The notes below the pieces were generated by a model. It saw nothing but the letters and a program-made list of their open reading frames with translations. It had not been told where the DNA came from and ran no database searches. From the NCBI GenBank assembly GCA_976551045.1, contig CDPCPM010000141.1, positions 1,860,001 through 1,924,000 of the forward strand: DNA of 64,000 nucleotides, read 5' to 3'. A program made the translations under genes and the position numbers. Every line of letters begins with the position of its first letter. Position 1 is the stretch's first letter. Below, piece after piece: positions 40,825 through 55,421 of the stretch. This DNA comes from Glaucostegus cemiculus (taxonomy: Eukaryota).

Positions 40825-41035
40825 CTGACCCTTTCCCCTCCTACCTTCCTTCCTCCCTCACCTGAATTCACTGCCAGCTCGTGCTCCTTCCCCTCCCCAC
40901 CCACCCTTGTATTCTGGCTTCTGCCCTCTTTCTCTCCAGTCCTGCTGAAGGGTCTCGGCCTGAAACGTCAATTGTTCATTTCCCTGCATAGATGCTGCCT
41001 GACCTGCTGAGTTCCTCCAGCATTTTGTGTGTGCA
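40825..41035 (+). mobile_element. Penelope-like element terminal (pLTR) fragment
   Basis: Pyrimidine-rich run, then cagtcctg.tgaagggtctcggcc.gaaacgtc..atagatgctgcctgacctgctgagttcctccagcattttgtgtgt. Confidence 0.75.
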
Positions 41036-41537
41036 CTACAATGATCTTGGTTTTTATTTTGTTCCAATTGTGTTCTTATAAAAAAAAAGTTGTGTATAAT
41101 TTATGATTAATATGTTTTTCTTGAATGTATCTGATGCTGTGTGCCTGTGGTGCTGCTACACATTAGTTTTTTGTTTCACCTATCCATATGACAATAAATG
41201 TGACTTTGACTTTGCAATTGTAAGAGTGCAGTAATCATTAGTTTAAGATGACTTCCTGCCTAGGAATACCAAATCATTTATCAGAATCAGATTTATTATC
41301 ATGGACTTGTATAACATGAAGTTAGTTGTTTTGCGGCAGCAGTACAGTGCAAAGACATAAAATTACTATAAATTACAAAAATGGTGCAAAAAAAAAGGAA
41401 TAACGAGGGAAAGTTCATGGGCTATGGACCATTCAGACATCTGATGGTGGAGGAGGAGAAGAAGCTGTTACTGAATTGTTGATTTATTTAAGTAACCTAC
41501 CTTGTCCTCCAGTTGTGTTTAGTTATTCCATAGCTGC

Positions 41538-41747
41538 AAGGAAATGTGTGCCAGTTTTGACTTTTTATTCCCTTTTCATAGTTTGACTGGGATGGCATGG
41601 GGTGCTAGTGAAGGGCTGAAGGCAACACCCCGTTATCCTGCTCTTTGGAAGCTCGGTCTTCAAACCTTCACTAGCACCCCATTCCAGCCCAGCCAAATTG
41701 TGGAAAGGGAATAAAGGTTTGAAGTTGAGACAGGCTCACATTTCCTT
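41538..41747. repeat. Long imperfect palindrome (arms ~41538-41623 and ~41656-41747)
   Basis: Perfect 18-bp core atggggtgctagtgaagg (41597-41614) / ccttcactagcaccccat (41665-41682), extending outward with mismatches. Confidence 0.9.
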
Positions 41748-41887
41748 TTAACAAAGCAGCATCAATATAATGCAGGAGCCGGGGAGAACTTTAACAGCTG
41801 CATTACAACTAATTTTGGAACCCACCTTCGTACAGCAGAATTTCCCTGACATCCACGCCCATTCTCTCCACATTGTCCATTTGGATT

Positions 41888-42400
41888 CATAGTCGTATAG
41901 CATGGAAACTGTCCCTTCAGCCCAATTTGTCTGTGCTGACCAAGATGTCTAGCTGAGCTAGTCCCATTTGCCTGTGTTTGGCCCATATCCCTCTATATCT
42001 TTTATATCCTTGTACATGACTAAATGTCTTTCAAGCAGTGTAATTGTACCTGCCTCTACCACTTTCTCTGGCAGCTCATTCCATATACCCACCACCCTCT
42101 GTGTGGAAAACGTTTCCCCTCAGGGCAGTTTTTAAATCTTTACCCTCTCACCTTAAATCTCTGCCCTCTTTTTAGACTCCCTTACCCTTGGAAAAAGACT
42201 GTGGCTATCCACCTTATCTACACCCTCTCAGGGTTTTATATACCTCTGAAAGGTCACCCTTTAGTCTCCTATGCTCCAAGGAGAAAAGCCCCAGCCTATC
42301 CAGCCTCTCCTTATGACTCAAACCCTCTAGTCCCAGCAACATCCTCATGAATCTTTTCTGCACCCTTTCCAGCTTAATGATGTCCTTCCTGTAGCTGGGC
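41888..42400 (-). mobile_element. CR1 3' fragment
   Basis: ORF 42214..42459 (LERVQKRFMRML..LDRLGLFSLE). Confidence 0.85.
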
Positions 42401-42679
42401 CACAGTTTCTGTACCCCACGGCTACAAATGTAGAACACATCTCTGGTGTTGATCCTCATTCAGAATCTCCTCAGCACTGCCACTGTCCGAAGGGCTTTCA
42501 TTACAGTCTGTTACATTCTGCTGGGACCATTGCTGCCTCCCTGTGGCCCTGGAATGAAAATGCGCACAGAATCTTTCTGGGTGTTGGGTCCCATGCACAC
42601 CAACTCTCCCTGGGTTAGTGTGTTTAATCAAGGTTGCGCTGTATCCAGTTGGTAAAATTTAAACTGCAGAGAAAATTAA

Positions 42680-42855
42680 GTTAAGTTTTATTTACAGCGT
42701 GGTAACAGGCCCTTTTGGCCCAATGAGTCCACGCCGCCCATATTAAACCCTCAAATTAACCTACCCGTACATCTTTCAGAATGTGGGAGGAAACCGGAGA
42801 ACCCAGAGGAAACCCACGCAGACACGGGAGAACATACTAACTCCTTACAGTCAGT
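42680..42855 (-). mobile_element. 5'-truncated copy of the same CR1-tailed V-SINE
   Basis: Reverse complement closely matches 12240-12405. Confidence 0.85.
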
Positions 42856-44560
42856 GACTAAATGAATAGTGAAATTTTGAAACCTGTAATATTCATTATA
42901 AAATGCACTTTTCAATGAATTCTAATTGCTGAGTTCAGTATGTTTTACATAGATTTTCATTTAAAAATATTCCAAACCCTTTAAAATGGCCACTCAAATA
43001 CCAAAGGTGGATTTTTAATCTTGGCCTTGCTATGTAATCTGCATCTTAAGTTATGAAAAGATCACATTATGAGAGCAGTATTACACTGTAAATTATTATA
43101 GCTTGTATAATCATTAAGATTTCCAAAATTGTCAATGAGAAGGAGGCTGATTAAAGAGAAGAGTGACCTTTAAGATAATGCCAGTTTATTTTTGGAGGAT
43201 ATCTTATCTTGCAGAATTATTTTATGGGATCCAAATAGAGCCCTGTTAATATTCACCTTGCAAAATAAGGCATGGAAAGTTTAATTTTCCTTTTTCCACT
43301 CTATTGCTTAACCTTGCTCGAGGTAATTATGCTCATTAAACAAACTCAATGATACCTAAGCAAAGTGTAGTAAATGTCAGAAGTAAGTTCTTTATTATGA
43401 GCTTGTCTCTTATAATAATTCTAGACTACAAAAGAAAAGAAAATCTGACCTATAAACTTGGAATCACATGAATTAGGAGTTGGCCACTTGGCCCTTTGGT
43501 TCTGTTCTGCTGTTCAATAACATCATGGATGTGTGGAGTGACAATCACTCGTATGCATCCGTTCTCAGGTCAAGCAGAAACGTACTTATTTGATCAACCC
43601 CTTAAAGTGGGGTGGGGGGGCGGAGGCCTGTTCAGCATAATAGGGGAGTCCACACAGTTGTCTCCAATTGTACAAAGCTTGGCATCATGCACATTTGGAG
43701 ATAAGGGACAGCATCCTCAGTCAACATTATCAGCACTGAACCAGTTAGGTACAAATGAGTACACGATCAGTTACTTCCAACCTCATTATCCCTGCTCATC
43801 ACCAGGGACCCACATCCCTGTCAGCCTGGTAGGTTTGCATCTTGGGTAATTTCTGTTTCCGCTGCGGCCCTCCTTATCATGGGGATAGCCCTGACTGCAG
43901 TTGCCTTTTTTTCTGACTACGTTCCTGTACAGAGCCACGATGTCCCAGGCTTCCAAGCCTGGTAGAGATCCTCCTGCTATCGTCCAAGTTCTCTCTATGG
44001 AGCACATTGTTCCTTATCATGTGCCAGTGAATCCTGTTAATTCATTCCTCATTGAATCTGCCACCTCTGTAAAGTTAACTAAAACCAGCAAGTTGTTTTA
44101 TGATTGCAGGTTAACCCTTTGGGTTTTTTTTTTGGGGCTAATCTAAATGTTTTCTCCACATTCTTGCCTTCCCTGGTAACTGGTTGCTCCCTTGCATATC
44201 AAGTATCTATCTATGCCTTAAAAATATTAAAAGGTTCTGCTTCCTCTGCTCTTTGATGAAGTGAATTCCAAAGAGTTGTGACCCTTGTAGAGAGAAGCTC
44301 TTTCCTCCTCCATCTTAAATGGGCAACCACTTTTCAAACAGTGAACTCTAGTTCTAGATTCTCCCACAAGTATAGGATACATAATTATAATGCCATGGGA
44401 AACTTGCTCAAAGTTGTAGTCTGAAAGCTTAAGTGGTTTTACCTCATGACTTCCTTAACTTTTCTCCTTCCCACCCCCCAAAGTAAATGTTCTGTCAATT
44501 TACCAGATTATTTGGAGAAGTTGATGACATCTGTTTTTCATTTTGTTTGCTTCCTCATAG

Positions 44561-44668
<108 letters not shown>

Positions 44669-46677
44669 TAGGAAGACAAAACCTTTCAATTAACAAAGAC
44701 GATTGGTAGTCAAAGTCTTAAGTAAAATGCAAAAAAGGTGATAGTGATTTTTACACTGTCAACCATTTTACACTAGTTAATGAAAGAATAGGGGAAAAGA
44801 AACTAAGAATGCTACTGCACAGACTTCAGTGACAGTTTTTACAGAGTACCCAAGATGAAAGAATCATTCCAAAATCAAAATCTGCAGCTGCTGGAAATCT
44901 GGGGGGTGGGTGGGAACAGAAATGGTGAAAACAGCAGCCAAGTGGCATCTATGGAAGAGAAACAGAGTTAGTATTTCAGGTCAAACATCGTTTGTCAGAA
45001 TCATTTCAAACTTTGAAGGTGACCCAAAGTTTAGTAAACAGTGAGGAAACTAGTGGTAAACTTCAAAAGGGAATGAGTTAGACGGAGTTGGCGGACAGTA
45101 GAAAATAAACCGGAATGCAGAGAAGTGCAGCGTGATAAGTTTTGTTAGGAAAAATGAGGAAAGGATTAAAATATGAAGGTCACAAAGGTGCAGGCATAGA
45201 AACTCTGGTGAATATAAAGGTGACGAGATAGTTTGAGAAGTTTATTTTGAAAAGAACTTTATAAATGGCGGTAGAGCATCCACAAGTAAGAATACTTGCT
45301 GAATATTTATGTAATACTGATTCACCCACAGTGTGCACCCAATATTGGTCACAATGCAAGCAAAAAAAGATCAGTAAGATCTGTGATCTAACTCCGTGTA
45401 CCTGCATTCTCCTTGTATCTTTTAATGTCCTCTTACAATGTACGGTTTGCAGAGGTGTGCTACAGCATGGTTGCCCTCTTTGTGTACAGGTTGTCTCCAT
45501 GTTACAGCAGGGTTCTGTCCCTGAGAAATATTTGTAACCTGTTCGCAAGTCATAAGTGTGGCCACCCAGCAATATATAACATGTCGCCCAGGCAATGTGT
45601 AGTTAAACCAGGGTGTTTCAGATCTTCAGATATTGCCACAGAGCTGCTGCCTGACCCTATGGCAGCCAGCAAATCCACCCCACCCATCTCCCAAATGCGC
45701 TCTCATACGTGTGGGCTGTACATAGGTCAGGCGTTCATGGCCTAGGGACGACATGTAAAAATGTTTCTAGCGTCACTCCTGAACGACCTTGCTCTGAGTT
45801 TTAGATCTTGGCCTCTTGTTCTGGTCTCTTCAGTCAGCAGAAGTAGGAGGATGGGTCTGATGGGATTGTTTTGCTGGAAGCCAATGGGTTAAAAAACCAC
45901 CTCCTGTGTAATAATAGGCAAGTGAGGCAGGCAAAATAATTGTAATTTCCGGACCTACAGAAGGAAAGTATTTCTGGAAAATACTTTAAGGAAAATCTAT
46001 AAATCCAAAGAAGATGGATAAAATGCTTTACTGGTAGTTTGATTCATTGTATTCCTACATGCCGAGATTGGTGCACTGGTCATTGTAGTGAAGAAGTTGT
46101 AGTGGTCATAGGGGAGTGAGATGAGTATGTGAAGGGAAGGAGGTGCGGGTGGGTGGATCTCGCTGGTTTGATCTTGTGCAGGGCTGATACAGACTTGATA
46201 GGCTGAATGGCCTCCTTCAGGGCTGCAACCATTCTGTAATTCTGTATTTGGAGTTAGTTATTCAGCGCGTAAAACAGTCCATTCAGCCCAACTCTTACAC
46301 TGACCAAGATGTCTATCTGAGCTAGTCCCATTTGCCTGTTTTTTGCCCCATAACCCTCTTGACTTTTTCTTTGTACTTGTCTAAATCTCTTTTAAATGCC
46401 ACCCACCTCTACAGCTTTCTCTGGTAGTTTGTTCCATATACCCACTGCCCCCAATGTGAAAGAAGTTTCCCCTCTATGTCCTCTAGTGTTAAACCCCCCT
46501 ACCCTGGGAAAATGACTGTGACCATCCTTGTGTCTACTCCAGAGTGCCAGAAGGCAACAGAGAGAGTCGGAAAATAAGCTGTGTACCAGAGTTTAAGGAG
46601 GTGCCAGTCCAGAACATGCTTTCATGTTATAGTGCATGTTAGGATCATAATGATAAGTTAAGGTGGTCTTGCATTAA

Positions 46678-46821
<144 letters not shown>

Positions 46822-47676
46822 TAAGGATGTGAAGATTTTGTATGTAACAGACTGGTACAATTAACAAAATCACTTCCTACATTTCAACAGCAACTATTTG
46901 CATCTTTCAAATTGACACACTTACCCAGAACAGGGCTAAATTAATCCTGCAATTGCGCTTTAATTTTGTTTGCTTTGTAAGATCAATACACCAGGAGCTG
47001 AGAGACTGATTTCATACTAAAGCTATTGAAGCTGCTTTAAGGTAACTATTAAACAGTGTCTGGCCCAAAAAGCCAATAAAATCTGTCGCTTGAGGTTACT
47101 GATTGAAACCCACAGGGCACATCATTTACCACTTTCCCTTTTGCCAATTTTAACTTGTGAAAAGTTCTAACACACATCCTTACACTCTCTCATACACGGA
47201 ATACAGGCAAGGCCAGTGTTTATGCCCATCCCAGCTGGCCCTGAGAAGCTGCAATGAGTCACCTTCTTGAATCATTACACTTTTTCCGGTACATGTACTC
47301 TGGTGATGGTGTTGTTAGATAGGAAGTTCTGGGATTGAAACCTGAGGATGATATGGGAATGGTGAGTTATGTTGACGTCAGGATGTTCAGGTTAAAGGGG
47401 ATTTTGCTATTGATACCTCAACTAAACAATCGTTCAACTAATAGATCCATGGAACATATTTGCCTGTTCGGAACCGCATTTGGACTCATTCGTACACACC
47501 TTTTCAGTGAGAACGACTGAAACTCCTGCTGTTTTGGATTTTAACTTGTTTTGCTGTAACAGCCAATCCTTCTGTCAGATAGTTACCTCTTTCTGTTTTA
47601 GTGCTTAAGAATTAAAGCAGACTCTTGAATCTTATTATTTTGATTAAAATTAGCTTTGCTCTTGTCAAACCTATAA

Positions 47677-47841
<165 letters not shown>

Positions 47842-49059
47842 TAGACTTCTGTTTGTGACATAAACCTTGAATATTGTCATTTCACATTCATTCCAATTTA
47901 CTGCAAGCAAGTAAACACACACAAGAACCACCAGGCGACTGACTCATAAGCTGTTCTGAAACTCATTAATGTCCAAGTGGTTGTTGATTGAGATTCTGTC
48001 TCTGCTCTTGTAGCTGCTTCACATTAATGAAAAGTGAAGTGACTTCTCAACAATAAATGAATCATAGTTCCCCTGGTAGTAAAAGTGACCAGTTGTCACA
48101 GAAATATAGGAAAATGAATGTGTGCATTACATTTCCCTGTGCTCTTGCAAGCATAATAACAAAATAATCTAATTAGTGATTTTGTTACAAATGTGCTTGA
48201 AGGTTTTGATCTGCACTCAATCAATCCCCCTCACTTTCTATCCCACCTCACAAATGAGGAGGCTTTAGCAATTCCTAATGTATCTCCTATGGAAGAGCCA
48301 TTTTCCACTAATTTATCTGGACAACACTTATGAAGCATCCTCTTGTCAATTTTTCAGATGGGTTAGAATGATAGATGCACTGGTGAAAATAATCTGTCAT
48401 GGTATGTAGAAAACTAGTCAGGCCTCCAGGTTTGAAAGACTGCTTACACAGAGAGCCTTAAAGTAGCAAGAATCTTGCTTAACTGGTTTTGCATTTAGAG
48501 GGAAAAAGTAACATTAGTAACCCAGAACATTTTTGTTCTTTACTTCCTGTGATCTGATATTACTAAAGTCAAAGTGCAGATTATAGTTGGAAAAAGAAAT
48601 GGATTACTGTTCAGAGTGTGAAACTTTGTTATATCTTTTAAAGAAGAACAGTCAGAAGTATCAGCTTGTCTTTATCCTCGTGGTGTCTGTAACAGGAGCC
48701 TAGATATGAGGATAAAAGCAGTAAAGGATTCTGCATAAATCAAAATGAAGAAAGGTGAAAAGGAGGGTCTCATGCAGCACAATCTCTGGGACAGAGCACT
48801 TGAGCTGAACCTATTTTCATGCTTCTTGGGTAGTTTCTGAGGGTTGAGGATGACTTGTTTGTACCACAGTTCTAAATAAAGAGTCCTGTGCAAGATCTAT
48901 AGACACTACTACAAGTAGAACTTGATGGGGCCATTGGATTGATTTTGAGTCATTGCATGCTTCTTTGGCTGTTTGTGGCTTCCCTGTGCTATGAATAGAA
49001 TCATATAGCACACAAGCAGGCCCATTGTCCCTCTGTATCCATGCTGACCAAGTCCTAGA

Positions 49060-49790
49060 GATGTAGAGGTTGAAGGACTTGGAATCTTCCTGGATGCTTC
49101 TCTGAGTGGTATTGGGCTAGCGTATCCCATGGCTTGCTGAGAATATTGTGTTTGTTTTCCAGATAGGCTGGAGAACTTAAAGTATCTTCCTCCTGGAAGT
49201 TGCTCACAGTAGAGAGGTGTTTCAGGATTCTGGAGTCAAGCCTGTGAGCAATGTGGCGCATCCATTGAAGCTGGTTGAGTGTGATCAGAGTCTGGATGCT
49301 GGAGATGTTGATCTGAGAGAAATTCTGACATCAGTTTGCCTATCCTGCTAGTAGATTTTGGACGACTTTGGTGGTACCTCTCCTTGAGGTGCTTGCTGTA
49401 AGTTGTCCGTGTCTCAGTTTTCTACAGGAGGCTGGGGCTCACGACACGCTGGTAAAGTACGATGGGATCTTTTACAGATCTTTGAAAACACTGTGGTGGC
49501 TGAAGAATGAGCTGACATTGATACGAATTTCACAATGTCTCCCTTGATGGTACCTCCTGATGTACGTGAAGTGATCCACATCGACTAGAGTTTCATCCTG
49601 GGTCTTGATTGGGGGAGGGGGAGGTGCAGTGATGTGTGGGAAGAGCAAGTAGCTGTTGGGCCTTTTCTTTTGAATGCTTAGCTTGAGACCTATCTTCCTT
49701 CAGTAAAAGAATCAATGATGGTTTGGAGTTCACCTAAGAGTGTATACATACGCAAGGAAAGTTGGTATGACACTGATTTTGGAGTTACGG
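49060..49790 (-). mobile_element. Highly degraded RTE-clade LINE fragment
   Basis: Minus-strand remnants HSLGELQTIIDSF, KIGLKLSIQK and YSKHLK..RYHQ resemble RTE ORF2. Confidence 0.6.
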
Positions 49791-50148
49791 TGAGGAAGGT
49801 AGAATGTTCCTGCATGTTCTGTATGTAGATTAACAAGCTCCCGGCTGCAGTTCAGTTGGAGATGAAGTTGAAGCTTTGCAGCGAGGACTGTTGAATAAAG
49901 GATTGGTGTGATGACAATCTTTGACTGTGATTTGCATTGGGATTTATAAAGACATTGGCTGGCTAATTGCATCACTCTAGCATTTTCTGTTTCAGTTCAC
50001 ATTTTAAATCTTTTTAATATCCTCCACAATGACTGTAAATTTTCTTTTTTGACATCAGTTGGTGGTAAATCGCAGGTAAAAATTCATTCAACATCAAAAT
50101 ACTGTACATGGAGAAAAAGATAATGCAGTGTGTTTAATGTTTTCATAG

Positions 50149-50238
<90 letters not shown>

Positions 50239-51299
50239 TAAGCTGACTTTTCATTGTAGCTCATGTACCCGTAGCTAGCATCTTGGCTAGGGGATGTAGT
50301 GGGGGGGAGGGGTGTGGTTAGTGGAGTCTTTAAGATATAAGTGCATGTTTTATTACTATTTATCTGCTGCTATGATTGTTTTATCGTGTATTACTCACTT
50401 CCACTGCCTTTTGCTCTGTTTTCCTGAGAAATATTATACCTAACAAAGTTTTTTTTTACATTTGGATATTTAATTTAGCAATGTAGGCAAAGGTTATCTT
50501 GGATTACAGTTTCCCCTTTTAATTTGAAAACTGTGGGCCCAAGAGTATTGGGAACTTTTTAATGCATTTTTTAAAATCTTCATCTACATTTGCCACTAAT
50601 AACTGCAAGCAATTTTTTTGTAAAAAAATCACACGGGGGATGTATTTCAAAGCAATTAAATTTGTCATGGAAAAGCTGAATTTATTTTCTTTTTATAATT
50701 ATTTTCATATGGATTCATGGGTTTTTTGAGTGTATATTTAATGTCAGCAGACAATGAGACGAAACCATAATCAAAGTTAAAGCCAACCTTTTCCTATCCA
50801 AAATGAGTGCTCTGATAATTCCAGTGGATCCATTTGAAATACAACAACCAGAATCAAACCTAGGATTTTATGCTCATTATAACGTGGCACACAAGTTTGA
50901 ACACTTGCATGCTAAGTAACAAGAATGGTAAAAGCCATGAAGTACAAGACCTATTAATTTAACACAGAAGATCTTTTGACCATTTTCAAGGAAATTCCTT
51001 TGTCTCTGAGACAATACTTGGTTCTAGTTTGCAGCTGAGAAGCCAGAGTAATGATGGTCATTATTTTGAGCTTTTGGATATGGTGTAAGGATGGCGAAAT
51101 GGGATTTGTGGTGGCATGTGTCAAGGACAGAACTAAACTGGACCATGGTTTCTTCTCCCACTGAGAAGAAAGACACAGAACCTCAAAAATTCTCTCCCAG
51201 CCAATCGAGTACTTGGTGTAAGCACTGCAGTGCAACTTGGTTTTCCTTCGTATTCTTTGGTCCTGTTGCAATTCCTTGCCTGTGTCTTCCCTTGAGTGA

Positions 51300-51488
<189 letters not shown>

Positions 51489-52039
51489 TAATATCTTAAT
51501 TAGCAGCCTAGGCTATGCACTGTGATTGCCAGTACTGCATTTGAAGTGAGTTATGGGGTAGGAAATGCAAAAGATGAGGCATGCTGAAAAATTTGAAAGA
51601 TTTGAGTAATTGTAGGAGTATGTCAAATATTATCTTCATTTACTAAGTGTAGTGTTTAAATGCTGAAATTGAAAGACTCCTATATTTGATTTTGAGTAAG
51701 TTTAAATAAAATTGGGATTTTTGTTTCAGTCCATTGAAACACTTCCAGTAGAAACATAATTTACTCCAAAGGTGCAAAGATCAATTGAGAATTTTAAAGT
51801 CCTCAGAATGATGTTTATCTGTTTCACCTCTTGCTTGATGTTTTCTGACGTGCTTCTAGAACTAAAACATTCAATGCACTTCTTGCATTTTGTGATAAGT
51901 AATGGCATGTGTAGGCAACCTGACCCATCAGCTACACTACTGATGTGATTTTTCCCTAAATCTTGCCACAATTGGACAGTCTTGTGCAAATTGCTCCAAA
52001 GCTTGAATTTTAGTGCAAAACATTAATTACATTGTGCAG

Positions 52040-52358
52040 TGAACAATCTGCTGGAGCAGCTCAGTGGGTCAAGCAGCATCTGAGGTGGGGGGAGGAATTG
52101 TTGATGTTTTGGGTCAAAATACTGCAGGCAGGAGCCTGACACCAATCACCTTGGACTCCTGTCCTCAGTCCACCAATCATCTCTGCCTCCTGTCTCACCA
52201 CTCCCCCTCTCCTCTCTACTGGCCATCGGCCATCTCCCCACTCAGTCCTGATGCAGGGTTTCAACCCGAAACATTGACAGTTCCTTCCCCCCCCACAAAT
52301 ACTGCTCGATCTGCTGAGTTGCTCCAGATTCCAGCATCTTCAGTCTCTTGTATCTCCA
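52040..52358. mobile_element. Penelope-like terminal fragments in inverted (head-to-head) arrangement
   Basis: 52042-52130 is the reverse complement of the pLTR seen at 52243-52330. Confidence 0.7.
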
Positions 52359-52371
52359 TTTAATTGTATAA

Positions 52372-52521
<150 letters not shown>

Positions 52522-52611
52522 TAAAAGATGAAATTAAATTGCAAAGAAAAATAATGAACTTTCAGAGTGAGAGTGCAGGGAACTGGAATTTAAGTAGATA
52601 GTTCCTATATA

Positions 52612-53015
52612 TCGGTATTGGTTTATTATTGTCACTTGTACTGAGGTACAGTGAAAAACTTGTCTTGCATACTGATCGTATAGGTCAATTCATTACACAG
52701 TGCAGGTACATTGGGTTAGTATAGAATGAATTGAGGTAGTACAGCTAAAAACAATAAAGTGTCATAGCTACAGAGAAGTTGCAGTGCAATAAAGTGCAAG
52801 GTCACAACAAGGTAGATTGTGAGGTCAGAGCATCTCATCGTATAAGGGAACCGTTCAATAGTCTTTGTCCTTAAGTCTGGTGGTACGTGCCCTCAGGCTC
52901 CTGTATCTTTCACCCGATGGAAGAGGAAAGAAGAGAGAATATCCTGGGTGGGTGGGGTCTTTGATTATGCTGGCTGCTTCACCAAGACAATAAGAGGTAA
53001 AGACAAAGTCCAAGG
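52612..53015 (-). mobile_element. Rex1/Babar-like 3' fragment (similar short copies at ~1595-1770, 22045-22185, 32085-32480, 41277-41480)
   Basis: ORF 52855..53067 (AASIIKDPTHPG..LPSGERYRS) and ttggtttattattgtcacttgtac tail. Confidence 0.8.
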
Positions 53016-53339
53016 AGAGCAAGATCCATCTTTTTTTATGGTTACTCTGTGGCCCCTTCTGTGTCATGTTTCTACACTCTATAAGTACCTGATAACCTTT
53101 TCAGAAGCCCAAAAGCATATGTTGTGAATGTTATTAACAGAAAGCTAAAACCAACTTTGCAGTTTTGTAGATGTTCAAAAGATTTCACTAAAGTAGGAAA
53201 ATATTGAGCAAACTATGAATTAATTTTGTTGGTAATTGAGCTGTTCAAAACAAAACATGCTGGATTTCTTTCATTGCCTGTTTTCTGATAGTTTCTGTGC
53301 TCTGTGTATTCAAATATTTATACACATTTTTCTTCATGA

Positions 53340-53486
<147 letters not shown>

Positions 53487-54447
53487 TGAACCAGAATAAC
53501 TTCTCAGCAGTGTTAAGGCTTAAGAACCTTGTGAAAGCACATTTGTGGAAGGAACAGATGATGTATTTGTTGACCTTGTTTCCAAAGCTGGGAATTAATC
53601 TTCAGTTGTAACGTTTATCTGATTTCAATTCCTTTGATTCAGGCACTTTTCTGAATGGTAGAGAAAAGGGAATGGTGGGTTTGGGAGGAAAGGGTTAAGA
53701 CAGATATTAGAGCAGGATAAAATGTTAGCACAGCATTGTGGGCCGAAGGGCCTGTGCTGTGCTGCAGTGTTCTATGTTCTCTTTTAGCTTGCTGTTTTAT
53801 TCTTCTTGTAAAACAAAAAAAGAAATAAACGGTAAATACCACATGTACAAAATGGCACCAAAAAGTTCTATAAGCTCACTGGAATTCAGTTAGCATGTTA
53901 ATTACCTCTTTCAAGTTCAGCAGAGGACTTCAGAATGTTCTTGAGAAAGATGCCAATGTGCTGAATTTGGCTACCACAAGGTATAACGCCAAGGGTAGAA
54001 TGGTAAGTAATGAGAACTGAAGGAGGAGGTTTGGTTGTCATCCTTTGGAGAGTTTATTGTGAAAGTTAAGGATGGAATTGAGGTAATTCATTTAAGTGGT
54101 CCCTGCTTTTGGTTTAATGTCCTTGGATTACAGGAGCCTGCATTTACCACGTGTAGGGTGGTGCAATGTCTTTTGGGCATCAACTTAAGTGAGGAAGAAA
54201 ACCAATGAGACAGATTGCAACTCCCACAACTGTGCAGGAAAATGGTAAATTTGTGCAGCAGAAAACACTGGGGAAGGAATGGCGGGGTGGGATTAGCATT
54301 GGATTGCTGCCGCAGCTCTGTGCTGAACCTTGATTTCACAGCTGCTCTATGGGCTTTGAACTTGGGTCTCTGTGTTATTAGAGTAACCACCGAAACACTG
54401 AAAAGCAATTAACTGACAATGGTGAACAATTCAAAATGTCAGCTTAA

Positions 54448-54603
<156 letters not shown>

Positions 54604-55001
54604 TAACAGGATCTCTCTCTTTCTCCATTAACTTTATTTCATACGTTCTGATTGTTATGTTGTTGTCATGTGCTCTAAGACCAGCCAGCTTTATTCATCT
54701 CAGGGATAACATTTCTGGTTAGAGAAGATGAAAAAAATCCCTGAAGTATGTCATGGAAACAGACACACACAGAAACCCATTAAACACCTACCAAGACGGG
54801 CCAAATCTGCCTCAAGTGAACATTGGTTAAAACAAGCAGCGCTCTGTTCCCCCTGTCACAAAACCTACGTATACAGCTGCCAAACCAGTAAATTTCTTTA
54901 AGGGCTAAAGCTGGAACAGAATTTAAGCCATATTGAATATAAGGTGACATTCCCGGGAAAATAAATGCCTTTGTGTCAATCCTCCTTGCTACACATGTTA
55001 G

Positions 55002-55136
<135 letters not shown>

Positions 55137-55211
55137 TGAGAAGCATGGCTTAGTGTAGAATAGTGGTGGAACTAATAATAGTTAAAGTCTCCAAGGTTGT
55201 TCACTTGGTAA

Positions 55212-55421
<210 letters not shown>

